From the IMG/VR virus record IMGVR_UViG_3300045988_072096: a stretch of 64,000 nt of DNA. The stretch is one strand, 5' to 3'. Shown here piece after piece: positions 39,697 through 51,500 of the stretch. This DNA comes from a virus. The position numbers and the translations under genes were made by a program. How positions within the stretch are numbered: position 1 is the stretch's first letter; the number at the start of each line of letters is the position of its first letter. The notes under the pieces are model-generated. The model had not been told where the DNA came from and did not search any database. It worked only from the letters and a program-made list of their open reading frames with translations.

Positions 39697-40449
39697 TTAC
39701 TTATTCTTAGTTTCGTTTATGATTGCAAGCTTAAGGTCTTGGTTCTTCTTGTTATCCAGATATGCAATTGCATCATTAAGTGAATCAGCAATCATCTCAG
39801 TACCATAATAGTACTGTGTATGCTGCTTACGGATAACACCTTTGGCAACAGCTTCCTCAAGTATAAATTGAGTATCCTTAGACTTGTTGTTCACCCACAA
39901 ATCAAAGAACTTTTTAGGCTGCTTATCTACAAGATTAAACAATGTAGACTCAACAAGTTCATTAGACATACGCTCACCGTTAAGACCAAACAGACGCAGA
40001 CACTTACGCATCTGATCGAGAGTAAGCTTACCGAATTCGATAATAGCCTCTCTACGTTGCTTATTAATCTTGTTAGCTTCAATAGCTTCAGCCTGACGAT
40101 TAATCAACAGATAATCCTTACCTTCAGTAAGTTTGTCAAGTGATGTAGCTACACGTTTATGTCCACTAAGAAACTTAATTGCCAAAGCCTGACGAGGAAT
40201 TGAATCATCAAGTATAAGTGTACGAGCACCTATTTTAATTACATAATTAATCCAGAAATCGCTAGTACGCGAAAGCGTACCTTTCTCATAACCTAAAGCT
40301 TTTTCAAAATATTCTTCATCTTCTGGTGTAAGACCAGTGTATCTCATCCCGGAACGAGTCCAATATGAACTAATATAATCAACACATCCTTTATATTTAA
40401 GAAGGCCTGCCCAGGGGTTTTTCTTTTTAATCTTTAATTCAACTACCAT
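39697..40449 (-). CDS. Conserved-looking structural-module protein adjacent to the MCP, 250 aa, TAG-free
   Basis: This is an intact ORF with a TAA stop and no internal TAG, located immediately downstream of the capsid gene. Confidence 0.8.
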   Translation of the reverse strand: MVVELKIKKKNPWAGLLKYKGCVDYISSYWTRSGMRYTGLTPEDEEYFEKALGYEKGTLSRTSDFWINYVIKIGARTLILDDSIPRQALAIKFLSGHKRVATSLDKLTEGKDYLLINRQAEAIEANKINKQRREAIIEFGKLTLDQMRKCLRLFGLNGERMSNELVESTLFNLVDKQPKKFFDLWVNNKSKDTQFILEEAVAKGVIRKQHTQYYYGTEMIADSLNDAIAYLDNKKNQDLKLAIINETKNK

Positions 40450-40481
40450 AATTTTAAATTAGTATGTTGTAATGTCGTACA

Positions 40482-40499
40482 CCGGGGAACGCTCCCCGG
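40482..40499 (-). terminator. GC-rich hairpin immediately downstream of the major capsid gene (terminator or attenuator)
   Basis: The stem is ccgggga (40482-40488) / tccccgg (40493-40499) with a 4-nt loop. It is the only GC-rich stem in this AT-rich intergenic region. No clear U-tract follows, so its function is uncertain. Confidence 0.4.
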
Positions 40500-40531
40500 C
40501 TCGAACATTATTTATCTTTTATTGTTTAATA

Positions 40532-42043
40532 TTAAGCGCCAACTGTAGTCATGCCATTATTAATGTGCTCAGCATCATCTGCATCACAGTACATAATACC
40601 GCAAGACAGCGGATTACGGAGCATAATACCTTCCTCGCCGAGGAAGTGTACCTGATAACCATCACGGCTGTTAGAACGTACAGTATTGATGTTATTAGCG
40701 TATCCAGCAGGAGTTACTGAACCGGCAGTACACCACTGAACAAATTCACGACCCTTGCGGCAAACCTTAACAATGTTAGCCTGGCCATCACGCTGGCCGA
40801 GGTCGATAAACAAGAACGTATATGACATCAACGGTTTACCTGACAGAGGATGAAGTTTACGGAACATCTCCATGTTGTCAAATAGAGCGCAACGTTTTAC
40901 AGTAAGCTCAATGCCGTTAGTCATCTTATAAGTTGTAAACTGACCACCAAGAGTAAGCTCCTGACCAGAACCGGTAATGAAGTGTGTATCAATCATCTGG
41001 AAGCTAGCTACTTTCTCTTTAAGAATACGGTCGAATTCACGGATACCCATCTCTCCTGTCAAAGCCATAAATTTACGCTCATTAGTACCAAGCAGATTAT
41101 AGCACAGATCGAAAAGGAACTCCTCGAACAACTCACATGTCAGAGTTGTATAGTAACGTACGTTAGCGGGTGAAATCTGCTCAAACAGACCTGCTGAAAT
41201 AGGTACAGGACGTCCGTTTGAACCCTTAAGGTTATATGTACCATCGGTATTGCGGTTAGACTTAGAGAACAGAAGAGCCTTCTCTTCACGTCTCTTCCAC
41301 TCGCGAAGAGCCTTCCAATACTGATAATCTGACCACAGATAAGACTTCTTACCAGTCTCAGGATCAGTCAAAGCAATAGCAAGTACTGTAGAATAAGCAT
41401 CACCGGTAATATCATAAGTAAGACGCAGAGTCATAAGATTGTTACGCATCTTAAACGGAGTCTGATAGTTGATGATATCAGCCTCATCACTGTACTCCTC
41501 ATAAGCTGAACCTACGCGATCTACCTGACGACCGGGAAGCAGATATATACCAGGAATGTAAGAGTTAGCAAAACCCTCAGCTACGTAGCACTCGTATACC
41601 CAAGCGTTACCGTCCTGATAAGGCATACCCTTTACGCGTACCTGGAAGTTGATGTCGTCAAACGCAAGGATTGTACCGGGGCCGTACCATTTCTCTTCGA
41701 GAGCAATATAGATAGGAGTACCATTAAGACCAGCTGCGGTATTTTCATTTACATCTACACCGTCACACTTAGCCCACATAATATTAACTGCGTGGTCACC
41801 ATCAATCATCACAGACCACTCATACTCACGATTATCAATAATCATAGTCTTGCCGAGACCACCGGTAATCATGTCAATGGCAGTAGATACGCCATCATCC
41901 TTTGTACCAAATACAAGCGAAAGCAGACCTGAAACCTGATGAGGATTTGTCAGCAAAGCGTTAGAAATCATATTCTCGTCTACCAGATCAGAAAAACGCT
42001 TACCGCGATAGAGCTGGAGACCATTAAGCAAATTGTTATTCAT
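40532..42043 (-). CDS. Major capsid protein (HK97-fold, crAss-like), 503 aa, TAG-free
   Basis: This is an intact 503-aa ORF ending in TAA. The call rests on its position (scaffold upstream, GC hairpin downstream), its size, and its higher GC content and TAG-free codon usage, which are typical of the most highly expressed gene. Confidence 0.75.
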   Translation of the reverse strand: MNNNLLNGLQLYRGKRFSDLVDENMISNALLTNPHQVSGLLSLVFGTKDDGVSTAIDMITGGLGKTMIIDNREYEWSVMIDGDHAVNIMWAKCDGVDVNENTAAGLNGTPIYIALEEKWYGPGTILAFDDINFQVRVKGMPYQDGNAWVYECYVAEGFANSYIPGIYLLPGRQVDRVGSAYEEYSDEADIINYQTPFKMRNNLMTLRLTYDITGDAYSTVLAIALTDPETGKKSYLWSDYQYWKALREWKRREEKALLFSKSNRNTDGTYNLKGSNGRPVPISAGLFEQISPANVRYYTTLTCELFEEFLFDLCYNLLGTNERKFMALTGEMGIREFDRILKEKVASFQMIDTHFITGSGQELTLGGQFTTYKMTNGIELTVKRCALFDNMEMFRKLHPLSGKPLMSYTFLFIDLGQRDGQANIVKVCRKGREFVQWCTAGSVTPAGYANNINTVRSNSRDGYQVHFLGEEGIMLRNPLSCGIMYCDADDAEHINNGMTTVGA

Positions 42044-42073
42044 ATAATATATTAATTGATTTTAAATTTATTG

Positions 42074-43252
42074 TCAAAAGAATCTTGACGCAAGATCTAC
42101 GACTGATTTAGGTTTATCTTCGACATTATAGGCTGTATGATTTTTAGCCTGATGTCTTAACATTTTTCTAAGTTTTTCTGTAGCGGATGACTCTCCGTCA
42201 CGTTTAGCAGTAGATACGAAGGAATCTCCCTTCATTGTAATATATGCAGTAGTAAGAAGATTATTGATAAAGTTATCCTTGTTGTTATAATCTCTTTGGA
42301 ACTTTGATACTCCGTTTTGATCAACATTAAAGATATAATCAGCAAGTTTAGCTCTATCTTCTTTTGGTATCTGTACACCTCTAATGCTTGAAAGTGACTT
42401 AATTTGATTCATGCAGTCATTATAGAACTGTTTAGATTGCTCTTCTTGTTGCTGCAAATATGTGGCCTGTTGCTGTTGAGCCATTTCAAGCTCATGCTGT
42501 TTAATCTATTTGAGCCTATCGAGAGCATCAGCAGATTCTTCTTCAAGCATATCTGCGTCTTCGTAACGTGATATTTTGTTTTTGATTTGATCATCTGTAT
42601 ATCCACTATAACGTAGAAGTTCGCTTACAACAGCCTTCTGATTATCTTCATCTTCCATATCCATATTATCGTATGAAATAGACTGCTGTTGTTTACCATA
42701 AAAGTCTTCAAACTTACCGCCATTTTTAACATATTCATCGAGCTACTGTATTCGCTCGTCTGCGTATTGAGGTACAGAATTTTGCTGTACAACTTCACGC
42801 ATGTAATTTGTCAAATCATCTACTGTTAAAGGACGATCTTCTTCTTTTATATCATCCATGTTCCAATCAAATGATTCGCCAATTGCGTCAAACAAGAGAC
42901 CTACTTGTTGTGCTTCATGCACATCTTCATCAGATGGTTCTTGCACATCTTCAGTATTATCTACTGTAGTATTGGCAGGTTCCTGAACTGGTTCTTCTTT
43001 TGGTTTTCCGTCCATTCTATCAAGGACGTCCTGTGGAATCTCACTATCATCGTCATTAATATTAGACGGATTAGTGTCATCCGCACTATTATCCTCAGCA
43101 GGTTTATCTGCTGGTTTATCTTCATCCTCAACGACGTTTATAAATGAATCTTGTGTATCCACATTGGTAGTTTCAGACATATTACCTTCATTACCATATA
43201 CACTATTCAATAGATCATCAAACGGCGTTGGAGTAGTATTCTTTTTTGCCAT
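42074..43252 (-). CDS. Scaffolding-like protein, 392 aa, with an acidic N-terminal half
   Basis: ORFs 42743..43252 and 42074..42484 share a frame (1 mod 3) and are joined through the TAGs at 42743 and 42506. The composition is strongly acidic and helical, and the gene lies directly upstream of the MCP. Confidence 0.6.
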
Positions 43253-43310
43253 AAATTATTATAATAATTTAATTTGTTATACTTATTTTATTCACTGTTC
43301 ATTCAGTGTA

Positions 43311-44339
43311 TTAGTGTTTCCATTTACGAGCATTTAGTGCAAACTATGCTCTTTTTCTTGTCAAAGGATTCTTAGAATGACTAAGTTCCTCTGTAGTTTT
43401 ACCTGTACGTTTTTTAGTAGCATTAAACTTACCACGATTAGCTGGATTTATATGTATTCCGGATTTACCGCAATCAAATGAAGCATTGTCTGTAATTACT
43501 GGATATTGTTCAGGCATTAATTTTGGGAGCTGTAACTGTGTACTAAAATTAGGAGTAGTTACTGGAATTGTAAATGTACCTAATTTTTGTGGGTCTAAAT
43601 AAGGTATCGTAGCAGACTGTTGTTTTACAGGTACAGGCTACACAAATTCTGCAGAGCCTGTTTCTGGATTAGGTTGTATTCCAGTTGTCTGGTTGTAAAA
43701 ACTACGTCTAACAGCGAGGTCTTGTGCTACAGCTCTATCTAAAGATTTTAATGTATTTAATTTACCTAAGTATTGTGAAGCAGCCTATCCTCTAAAATAA
43801 CCCTTAGCACCTAATGCGTTTACAAATCCAGCCAGATCTTTTGCATTTATCGCATCACGATATCTATCAGTCATTAGATTTAAATAATAATCTGCAAAAG
43901 CTCTGTCAGAATCAAATTTTCTATATCTATTATTACCTGGCATTTTTATTCCGCCATAGTTATGCCACTTGGAAATACCAGATGTTCCATATCCGGATTC
44001 ATGACCTATTTGGCGCATTAGATTGGCATATGCAGCATCTCTATTTTTAATACCTCTTGCTGTCAATCCTTGATAAATAAGTGGCCCCATTCTATGTACA
44101 AAACTTCCAATTTTACCTCCACCATATTCCGGCAAGTTTATCTTTACTGGATGGTCTTCCGCATGATCTAAATAATTCCAATAGTTAGCCAACTAAGACA
44201 TGCTAGGCGTATATTCAACATCGGCCTCATTCCAATCATTATTTGCTATTCCGTAAGGATCGTAGTTGCTCACATTTACGTATGAGGGCTGATCAGCTAT
44301 CTAATCTAGCCAAGTATAAAAATCATTTTTATTTTTCAT
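43311..44339 (-). CDS. Virion-associated peptidoglycan hydrolase (glucosaminidase / FlgJ-like domain), 342 aa
   Basis: ORF 43785..44192 extends through TAG codons to ATG 44339 and TAA 43311. The motif LMRQIGHESGYGTS...NYGGIK resembles the mannosyl-glycoprotein endo-beta-N-acetylglucosaminidase active-site region. Confidence 0.6.
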
Positions 44340-44370
44340 ATACAGTTTTTCATATAATTATCTATAAGAT

Positions 44371-45342
44371 TTACAACGGCTGCAAACTTTTTGTCCTAGA
44401 GTCTACAAACTTTAATAACTAGTCATAATCTCTAGCTTGATCAAATGTAATTCCAGGTTGAACATACCCAGTTCTCTAAGTATTAAAATCTCGCCTACGC
44501 CAAAAAAGACCGTTTTTCTCCCAGTAATTAAATTCGGATGCTGGGGCACTTGCGTGTTTAGGACTTCCGTTTTCTATCAATACGACCGGAGTTTGTTTAT
44601 ATATAAGAGCTTTTGGGTCGTATGAACCATGATGTCCTTTTGCAAATCTAGAAGCGTTGGTACCATCTATAATATAATCGCTGTTTATGGGATTATAAAA
44701 ATGTCCCGCTTGATTAGGCGGCAGTATAGTTCTATTAAGAATGGGATGTTTTGCTTGCCACTATAAAGCAGAGTTTAAAGCGTCTCTTCCTGCATCATTG
44801 AGTATTTTATATACCTATGAATACGGTACTTTAGATAGGACTCGACCTGCTCCAGAAATAGGAACTTTCGATGCACCCAAATCAAATAATAAATTAAGCT
44901 GCTTATCTCCGTAGCTATCACCAAATCCAGGATTCTTTTCATCCCACATAGGTATTCCTGTACGTAATGTACCAATCCAATTACTTGGTGTCAATGTTCT
45001 TAACACGGACATTGCTCCAGGAATTTTACTAATTGGCTCCATCACTTTACCTACAGTATTTCCTAGGGCATATTGTATACCTTCTGTTAGAGCGTACGGA
45101 TTAAACGCTGATTGATACGGATATTGTTTCTTGCCTATAACTTCTACATCAGGCGTAGTAATCTCAAGATTGCGTGCATTAATTGCGCTAGGGTCTACAT
45201 TAAATATACTACCGTCGTCAGTGACCACTATGTTCTTATCTCCAGTATCATATCTAGGCAAATCAATACCTCTTATATCCCAGTAACGCTCACCGTTCTT
45301 CCATCTATCATAACGTGCTTGAAAATCTTTAATATTTCTCAT
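44371..45342 (-). CDS. Hypothetical virion protein, 323 aa
   Basis: ORF 44815..45342 continues through the TAGs at 44815, 44761 and 44476 to TAA 44371-44373. It is preceded by an unusually strong AAGGAGG box 7 nt upstream of the ATG. Confidence 0.6.
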
Positions 45343-45410
45343 AATGTAGCCTCCTTATACTCTTCTTCAGAAATCTAAATAAATGTACAATTAAGTTTAC
45401 CACAATAGCC

Positions 45411-46095
45411 CTACTTATATTTAAAACAATACGATATAGCCGCTTTATCAATACCTAACTGTCTAGAAGCTTCTCGTAAAGAAGGATAATACTTTACATC
45501 ATCTGAAAATTTAACTTTTAACCAATATCCTTTTGGACGATTATTAAAATCGGCATATCTTCTTTTTGTCGACAAAGATATATTATTACTCCAAGATTTT
45601 CGTTTATCTTCAGAAACTTCATTGAATCTTGGCATATTAAACTCGCCATTTGAATATCTTTGTTTCATAGTTTCCGATTGTTTTGGCTTTTTTATGCCAG
45701 TCATCATGTTAGACCATTTTTCACGGCGTTCTTTACTCCATTTTCTACCTTTAGCCTTTTCGCTTATCTTTTTTCTAGTTTCTTCGGATAGTGTATTGCC
45801 GGAATGGTCCGCATATGGATCTATATTATATCCAAATTTTCTATCTGCGGCATGGTAGTAATCAATATATTCCTATTCTATTTTTAAGCATTGATCAGGT
45901 TCACACAGTTCGATTTCCTCTAAAACAAACGATTGTTCTCCGTATTTATTCCAAGCAGACTATAAGTGAGCATTTATATGTTTGTTAGCTCTAAGATTTC
46001 TAAGATGCTCTTTAAATCTCTACTCTATGTGAATAGAACTACCAATATATCTCTTACCATTTTACAGTATTGTAAATCTAATAAACTCCACTCAT
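45411..46095 (-). mobile_element. Free-standing GIY-YIG homing endonuclease gene with an I-TevI-like C-terminal DNA-binding region, interrupted by a +1 frame break
   Basis: ATG 46095 lies 2 nt after the portal TAA. The N-terminal frame reads MSGVY(Q)IYNTVKW* and the +1 frame continues NGKRYIGSSIHIE(Q)RFKEHL...HL(Q)SAWNKYGE...GYN...SLREASRQLGIDKAAISYC. The break is at the A4 run (plus tttt 46060-46063). There are four in-frame TAG. Confidence 0.75.
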
Positions 46096-46097
46096 AA

Positions 46098-48596
46098 TTA
46101 CTTACTTCTGGCCGCTTCGGCATTTGTTTTGTTCTTCAATGCAGTTTTAGCTTTAAGCTGTTCTCTTTCCATAGCAGCTTTATCTTTTTGCGCTTGAAGT
46201 TGTGATTCATGTTTCATCTTATCTTTCTCAAGCTATATCTTAGCGTCTTCGATCTCTTTCTTCTATTTAGATTCGTAGCGCTTAGAGTAAGCATCTTCAC
46301 GGATCTTCATCTGTGCAGTAGCATCTTTAGCTATCTCCATAGGATCTGGTATACCATTCTGATTAGCATCTTTATCTTCAGTACCACGATATGCAGAGAT
46401 CTCAGCTACAGTAATCTTAGTAGCATTGTCTTGATCTATCTTATATCTATCAAGATCCATTTGAGCTTCTTGAAGCATGAGCTCTTGTTGTTTAGCTTCA
46501 TTCTACATCTGTTGAAGCTGTTGCTGTGCTTGTGCTTCAGCTTGTTGCTGTTGTTGTGCTTGTTCTTCTTGACGTTTTTGCATAGCTGCAAGTTTCTGTT
46601 TAATGATATTAAAGTTATCATTAGTGAGTATTTCAGCTGCTTCAAGTAGACTAGCACCATTCTGCATAGCAGGTTGTATAAGCTGTTGGAGCTTCTGTAT
46701 GTTCTCAAGGTCTTTAGAAGTATCACTTACAAATACGTCCATATCTTCATAATAGAACTTATCTGCTATGTCAAGAAATGCACGCTCTCCATTGTCAAAT
46801 ATGTATGATAGTTTCTTTTTGCCAGTCTGTTGCCAAGCACCTTTAGCCGTATTAAGTAACATATTTAACACATGACGTTTACATTGAGCATGTGCCCAGA
46901 ATAAAGGTTCAGTAATATGTGAAGATTGTACAACAGAACGCTCAACATTACCAACAAGTTCTGAAGAACTGATAGCACCTTGGCGCTGTTCTGTAATACC
47001 AGATATAGTTCCAGCAAGTTGTTCGATCTTATCCATCAACTGAATATATTCAGATATAACATTAGACATCGTAAGATCTAATGCTGCAATCTGATTAAAT
47101 GAAGCAGGCTTACTGCCGTCTCTGCCCGGAATACCCCACTACGTCTCGTAAGGATTTACGAAATTAACTCCTACACTAGAAAGATAATGCATCCAGCGTT
47201 CCGGTGTAATATTCATAGATTTAGGTATCTGCGTAATATCCATGTTGATAACTTTACCTTTGTCACGAGCGATGGCCAATTCAAGTCTATACCACAATAC
47301 AATGTACATATACTGTAATGGCTTGAGTATACTTACAAGTGATCTAGGTTTACTATTAGTATTACTATATACACAACCGCAATATGGAAGTTTTTGGCTA
47401 TTAGGATTGTCAATACTTACGTGTTGGTATTCAATAGGCTGTATTCCAAAATACAAATCACTACCTGCACGATATCCTTCCCATACTTCTACAACCCAGT
47501 CTGGTTCCACAGATAATTCATTACCTATCTTTTTATACGACTCATCGGCAATTTGTACCTGAGGAGTGCCTGTCTCATCCATGACTGTTACGTAAAATAT
47601 CTTTTTAAAAGATTTCCAACAACAATGCCACACATTTATACAGTATCTACTTTTCTGATCAAATTCTGGATTATCGTATATATGCATCTATATTCCACCG
47701 CCGGTATCTACAGGATCACCTTCTCGCATATCACCCATTGGTTTTCCAGTGAGCATTTCATTGAGTTTATTTAGATCTTTTTCATCTAATTTGTTATAGT
47801 ACCTATCATACACTTCTGCTATTGGCAGTCTCATCTTACGACAACACCAAGATCCATCCTCTATAAATTCTAGATCGGGACTTTTATCATATGAAAAATA
47901 TAACGGATTAACACGTTCCATGTATGGTTCATCATTCTGAACACCTATATAGTATATCTCACTGCCGGAGATAAGTGCATCTTTCCATCCTTTTATAAAT
48001 TCATTGTCTAGGTTAAGCTTTTCTCTTAAGTAGACTAGCGTATGATACGCTGTATTTTCAACAGCATCTTTATACGTACTATCCATATATTTAGCAATTT
48101 GTTCAGGAGGCATTATTTCGCCATTTTGTAATTGCTGTTGAAATTGCTATTGTTGTTCTGGATCCATTTTGGCCATTATTGCGGACATCATATATTGAAT
48201 AAGCATATCCTTCTCTTTGTCCATTAAATCAGACGCAGCTTCCTAAGATGTGCGCACTACTCTAAAGTTCATGGGTCTCTTTGTTTCCTCACCAATGAGC
48301 AGGTCAATCTTAGGGCGTATGATATTAAAATCCTAAGGTGTTGCTGGGAATCCATCGTCTACTTTAAACGGATTTGTTATTCGTTTAAAATCTTTTTCAT
48401 CAAAAATACTATTATATAGATTATAATAAGTCTGCAGCTCCCCGAATTGTGTATTCTATCTTCCGCCTGATACAATATTACCTTCTCCGATAATATAATT
48501 CACACAACTGTGTTGCCAATCCTCATTCTTCTTTGATAGAGGTAACTTCTGTTGCGGAAATGTTGCATTGTATAAATTATCTTCTATTCTAACCAT
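46098..48596 (-). CDS. Portal protein, 832 aa with TAG read-through
   Basis: ORFs 46263..46478, 46503..47069, 47139..47687 and 47688..48113 share a frame (2 mod 3) and are joined only by TAG. ATG 48596 lies 2 nt after the TerL TAA. TAA is at 46098-46100. The call rests on its size and its position directly after TerL. Confidence 0.75.
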
Positions 48597-48598
48597 TG

Positions 48599-51500
48599 TT
48601 AAAAACTAAATATCGGTATATCATCTTGTACGCTATTGTCCTAGAACCACTATGTTCCAAACAATGGCAATTCAAAGAGTTCAACCTATTTATTCTATTC
48701 TTGTGATTTGCTAACCTTCACCTAGTACAACTCTTCTCGATATATCATAACCATGCATAATGCTATCACACGGTCTACGTTCTTAACGCCATCATTTTCT
48801 ATAAGTTCTTCTATTAAAGGTTCGCTATATACTCTCTCTACGTTAGGATGCCCAGGTTCATATTCCTCAAGTAACCACTCTAGGATAAGTCCTTCTCCAT
48901 ATGCTCTAATCTATTTAGTCATATGACATCCTTTACGTCTTTGTACCTTACTGTCCTTAAAGACCTCAGAAATAATCTTATCGGGCTAATCTGCAAGTAA
49001 GTAATCACAGTGTTTGTTTGTGAAGTACGGGTATATACCCTTACGTTCATTCTCAAATAATAATCTAGCATTATAGAACACTAATAGTTTTCTGACGTTC
49101 TCATAATACTCTTCTGCTGTATCAGGCCTACCTGAATATTCTGCTACTATTACATCATTCCAAGCTTCGCCAGCTTTTACACGTTTGAATATGAATACAG
49201 ATCCTAATGAATTTGTAAATGAATCATCATGGTCATCAATTTGTTATCGTTAAGCTTTTTATCTTAACTTCTACATGTCCCCATGTAGTTCAGCATATAT
49301 TATCACCAAAATGGCGTCGAGCACTCGTGGGAGAATTATATTTATTCATCTCCTATGCGTTACACTGTCTTATAGCCTTTCGCAATCTATAAGATTAGCA
49401 CGGTGTTTTCTGTTCTAGACTTTCACCGTTTTTACTCGATTATACCCCGCTGATAATTAACGGGTCGCAGTTATGTGTCAAAATGTTTCTGCACATAAAT
49501 GTATGTGTACCACATTCAAAATTGTATACATAACCGCTATACAACGATGATTCTATTTTTTCTATTTTGATCAGTATTTTATTATCAACGAATTTTATTT
49601 TACTTTTAGCAATTCCAGTAGTCTTAGAAAGTTCTAATACTTTTATCTTTCTGCTCCTGTATTGCGGATTTACAGCAAGAAACAAATTATCCTATCTACA
49701 TACATTTATTCTATACGATTGTTTTGATATGCCACCAAACCTGTTTTTATTCTATTTCTGATGCAAAACGATCGAATTGCGTATCTTTAATGAAAACAAC
49801 ATATCCTGTATATCTTCCAACAATTCTAAATTAACACTTGTAAAATTGCATCTAACTTTTCCATTGTCGTAAAATACAGATCCGTCTGTATCTAAGTATC
49901 CTTGTATAAAAGCTAACTTTAGATCTTTTGGAGACTATTTAATCCATTCCGGAACTCTTTTATTATACGCATTTGTACCGAATTGTTCACATAAATAATT
50001 TGCAAGATTTTTGTATGTAAACCTACGTGTATTTTCTCTATTTTTATGTACATGCACGCATTTTCTTTTGAATAATTTGTCAATTAATTTATCATACATT
50101 TCTGCAAATTCGGTCTCGTCTTTACCTATAGATAAATATATATCGTGTGAATTTTTATTTATATTTACAAATCCGTCTCCAAGCCATAAACCTAAGAAAT
50201 AATAAAAAAGTTGTTTATGTTTGTCCCCATTTGTTTCATTATTATAATATCTGTTTGGAATTTCAAGCCAATCTGTTTCGCTCAAATCTTTAGCTTTTAC
50301 AAAACCTTTATTGTGTATCCATATAGGATGTTCACTAGTAAACGTAGTTGTTCTAAATGATCCATACGGCTTTATTTTAAATATAGGTTCGTTTTCTTTT
50401 CTATATAACTATTGATTATGTATTTCGACAAACTGATTATCTTTATTCAACAACTTATCGTCAAGAGTAACATCTTCGACATTTACCAATCCTCGCTACG
50501 TATAAACCTTTTCTCCAGGTGTCAAACATCCTCCAATATACAATCCAAATGGCGGATCTTTTATGGGATATTCCCATATAACTATAGATCCATGTGGTTT
50601 ATCTCCTTTCTTAAGCGGATATTCAGTAATATCTCCAGACTTCTTTTCTGTAGCTATTATCTAACCATTACCATCCCAATTGAGATCTACTATATGTTTC
50701 ATATTACGTAGTTTTGTATTTGTACGTATACGTGTAAGCTAATCCATCAAAAGTTTTCTTGGAAATATATTCTTACCTAACTCAAGTACAGCCTCTCTTG
50801 GTTTAATAGGACGTTCTGATATAAATCTATCTATGGACTATTGTGAAGCACCTCCGTCTTTAATCTTATTACGTTGTTCTATTAGATTCTCAATAGCTTT
50901 CTCACGAAGACTATTTCCGTCTTTATCCATATAGATATAATTTCCATCTTTGTCAAAAGATTCTAGATTACTCCATGAAGGAACAAAGAATCCACAATTA
51001 GTTTGTTCAGCATTATCATCCCATATGTTTGGAAATGCTAATACGTTATATGCTTCAGGTTTATAAAATAATTCCTTCAAACCTGTAAATGAAGCTCCCT
51101 CTGTACCACCTGTACCATAAGCTATCATTAGACCAAAAGCTACACCGTCGTCAGTTTCTACAGACGGTTGTTCTATTCGCCACGCATCTAACAAGCCGGG
51201 GAACTTACCTCCCTCCTCCCATAGTACTAATTTACCACGAGTACCACGAATACGTTCTGGATCGTTCTTAAGTGTTATTCCACTAATAGATGACATATAA
51301 CCTTGTTCAGTCTATTTACCAAATTCGTCAGTTACCTTATAACCAGCTACGCGTTCCATACGAGTAGATACAAGCCTTTGTTTAGCCCATGCTGTATTCT
51401 TGTCTATAAAGTCCATGATTTGCCAAGCTTTTGTTAGCAAACCATCTCCTATTAAGAACTTTTGTTCTGATGCTACAGCAAAGTTTTTAGATCCAGGTAT

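Noticed and set aside
49237-49459. Translational bypassing (a gene-60-like hop) or separate translation of the terL nuclease domain
   Set aside because: There are no matching take-off and landing codons. No ATG, GTG or TTG lies at the start of the downstream frame, because a TAA sits 4 codons upstream of DHDD. The interval has U/G splice boundaries and a guide pairing, so an intron fits better. RNA evidence is still needed.
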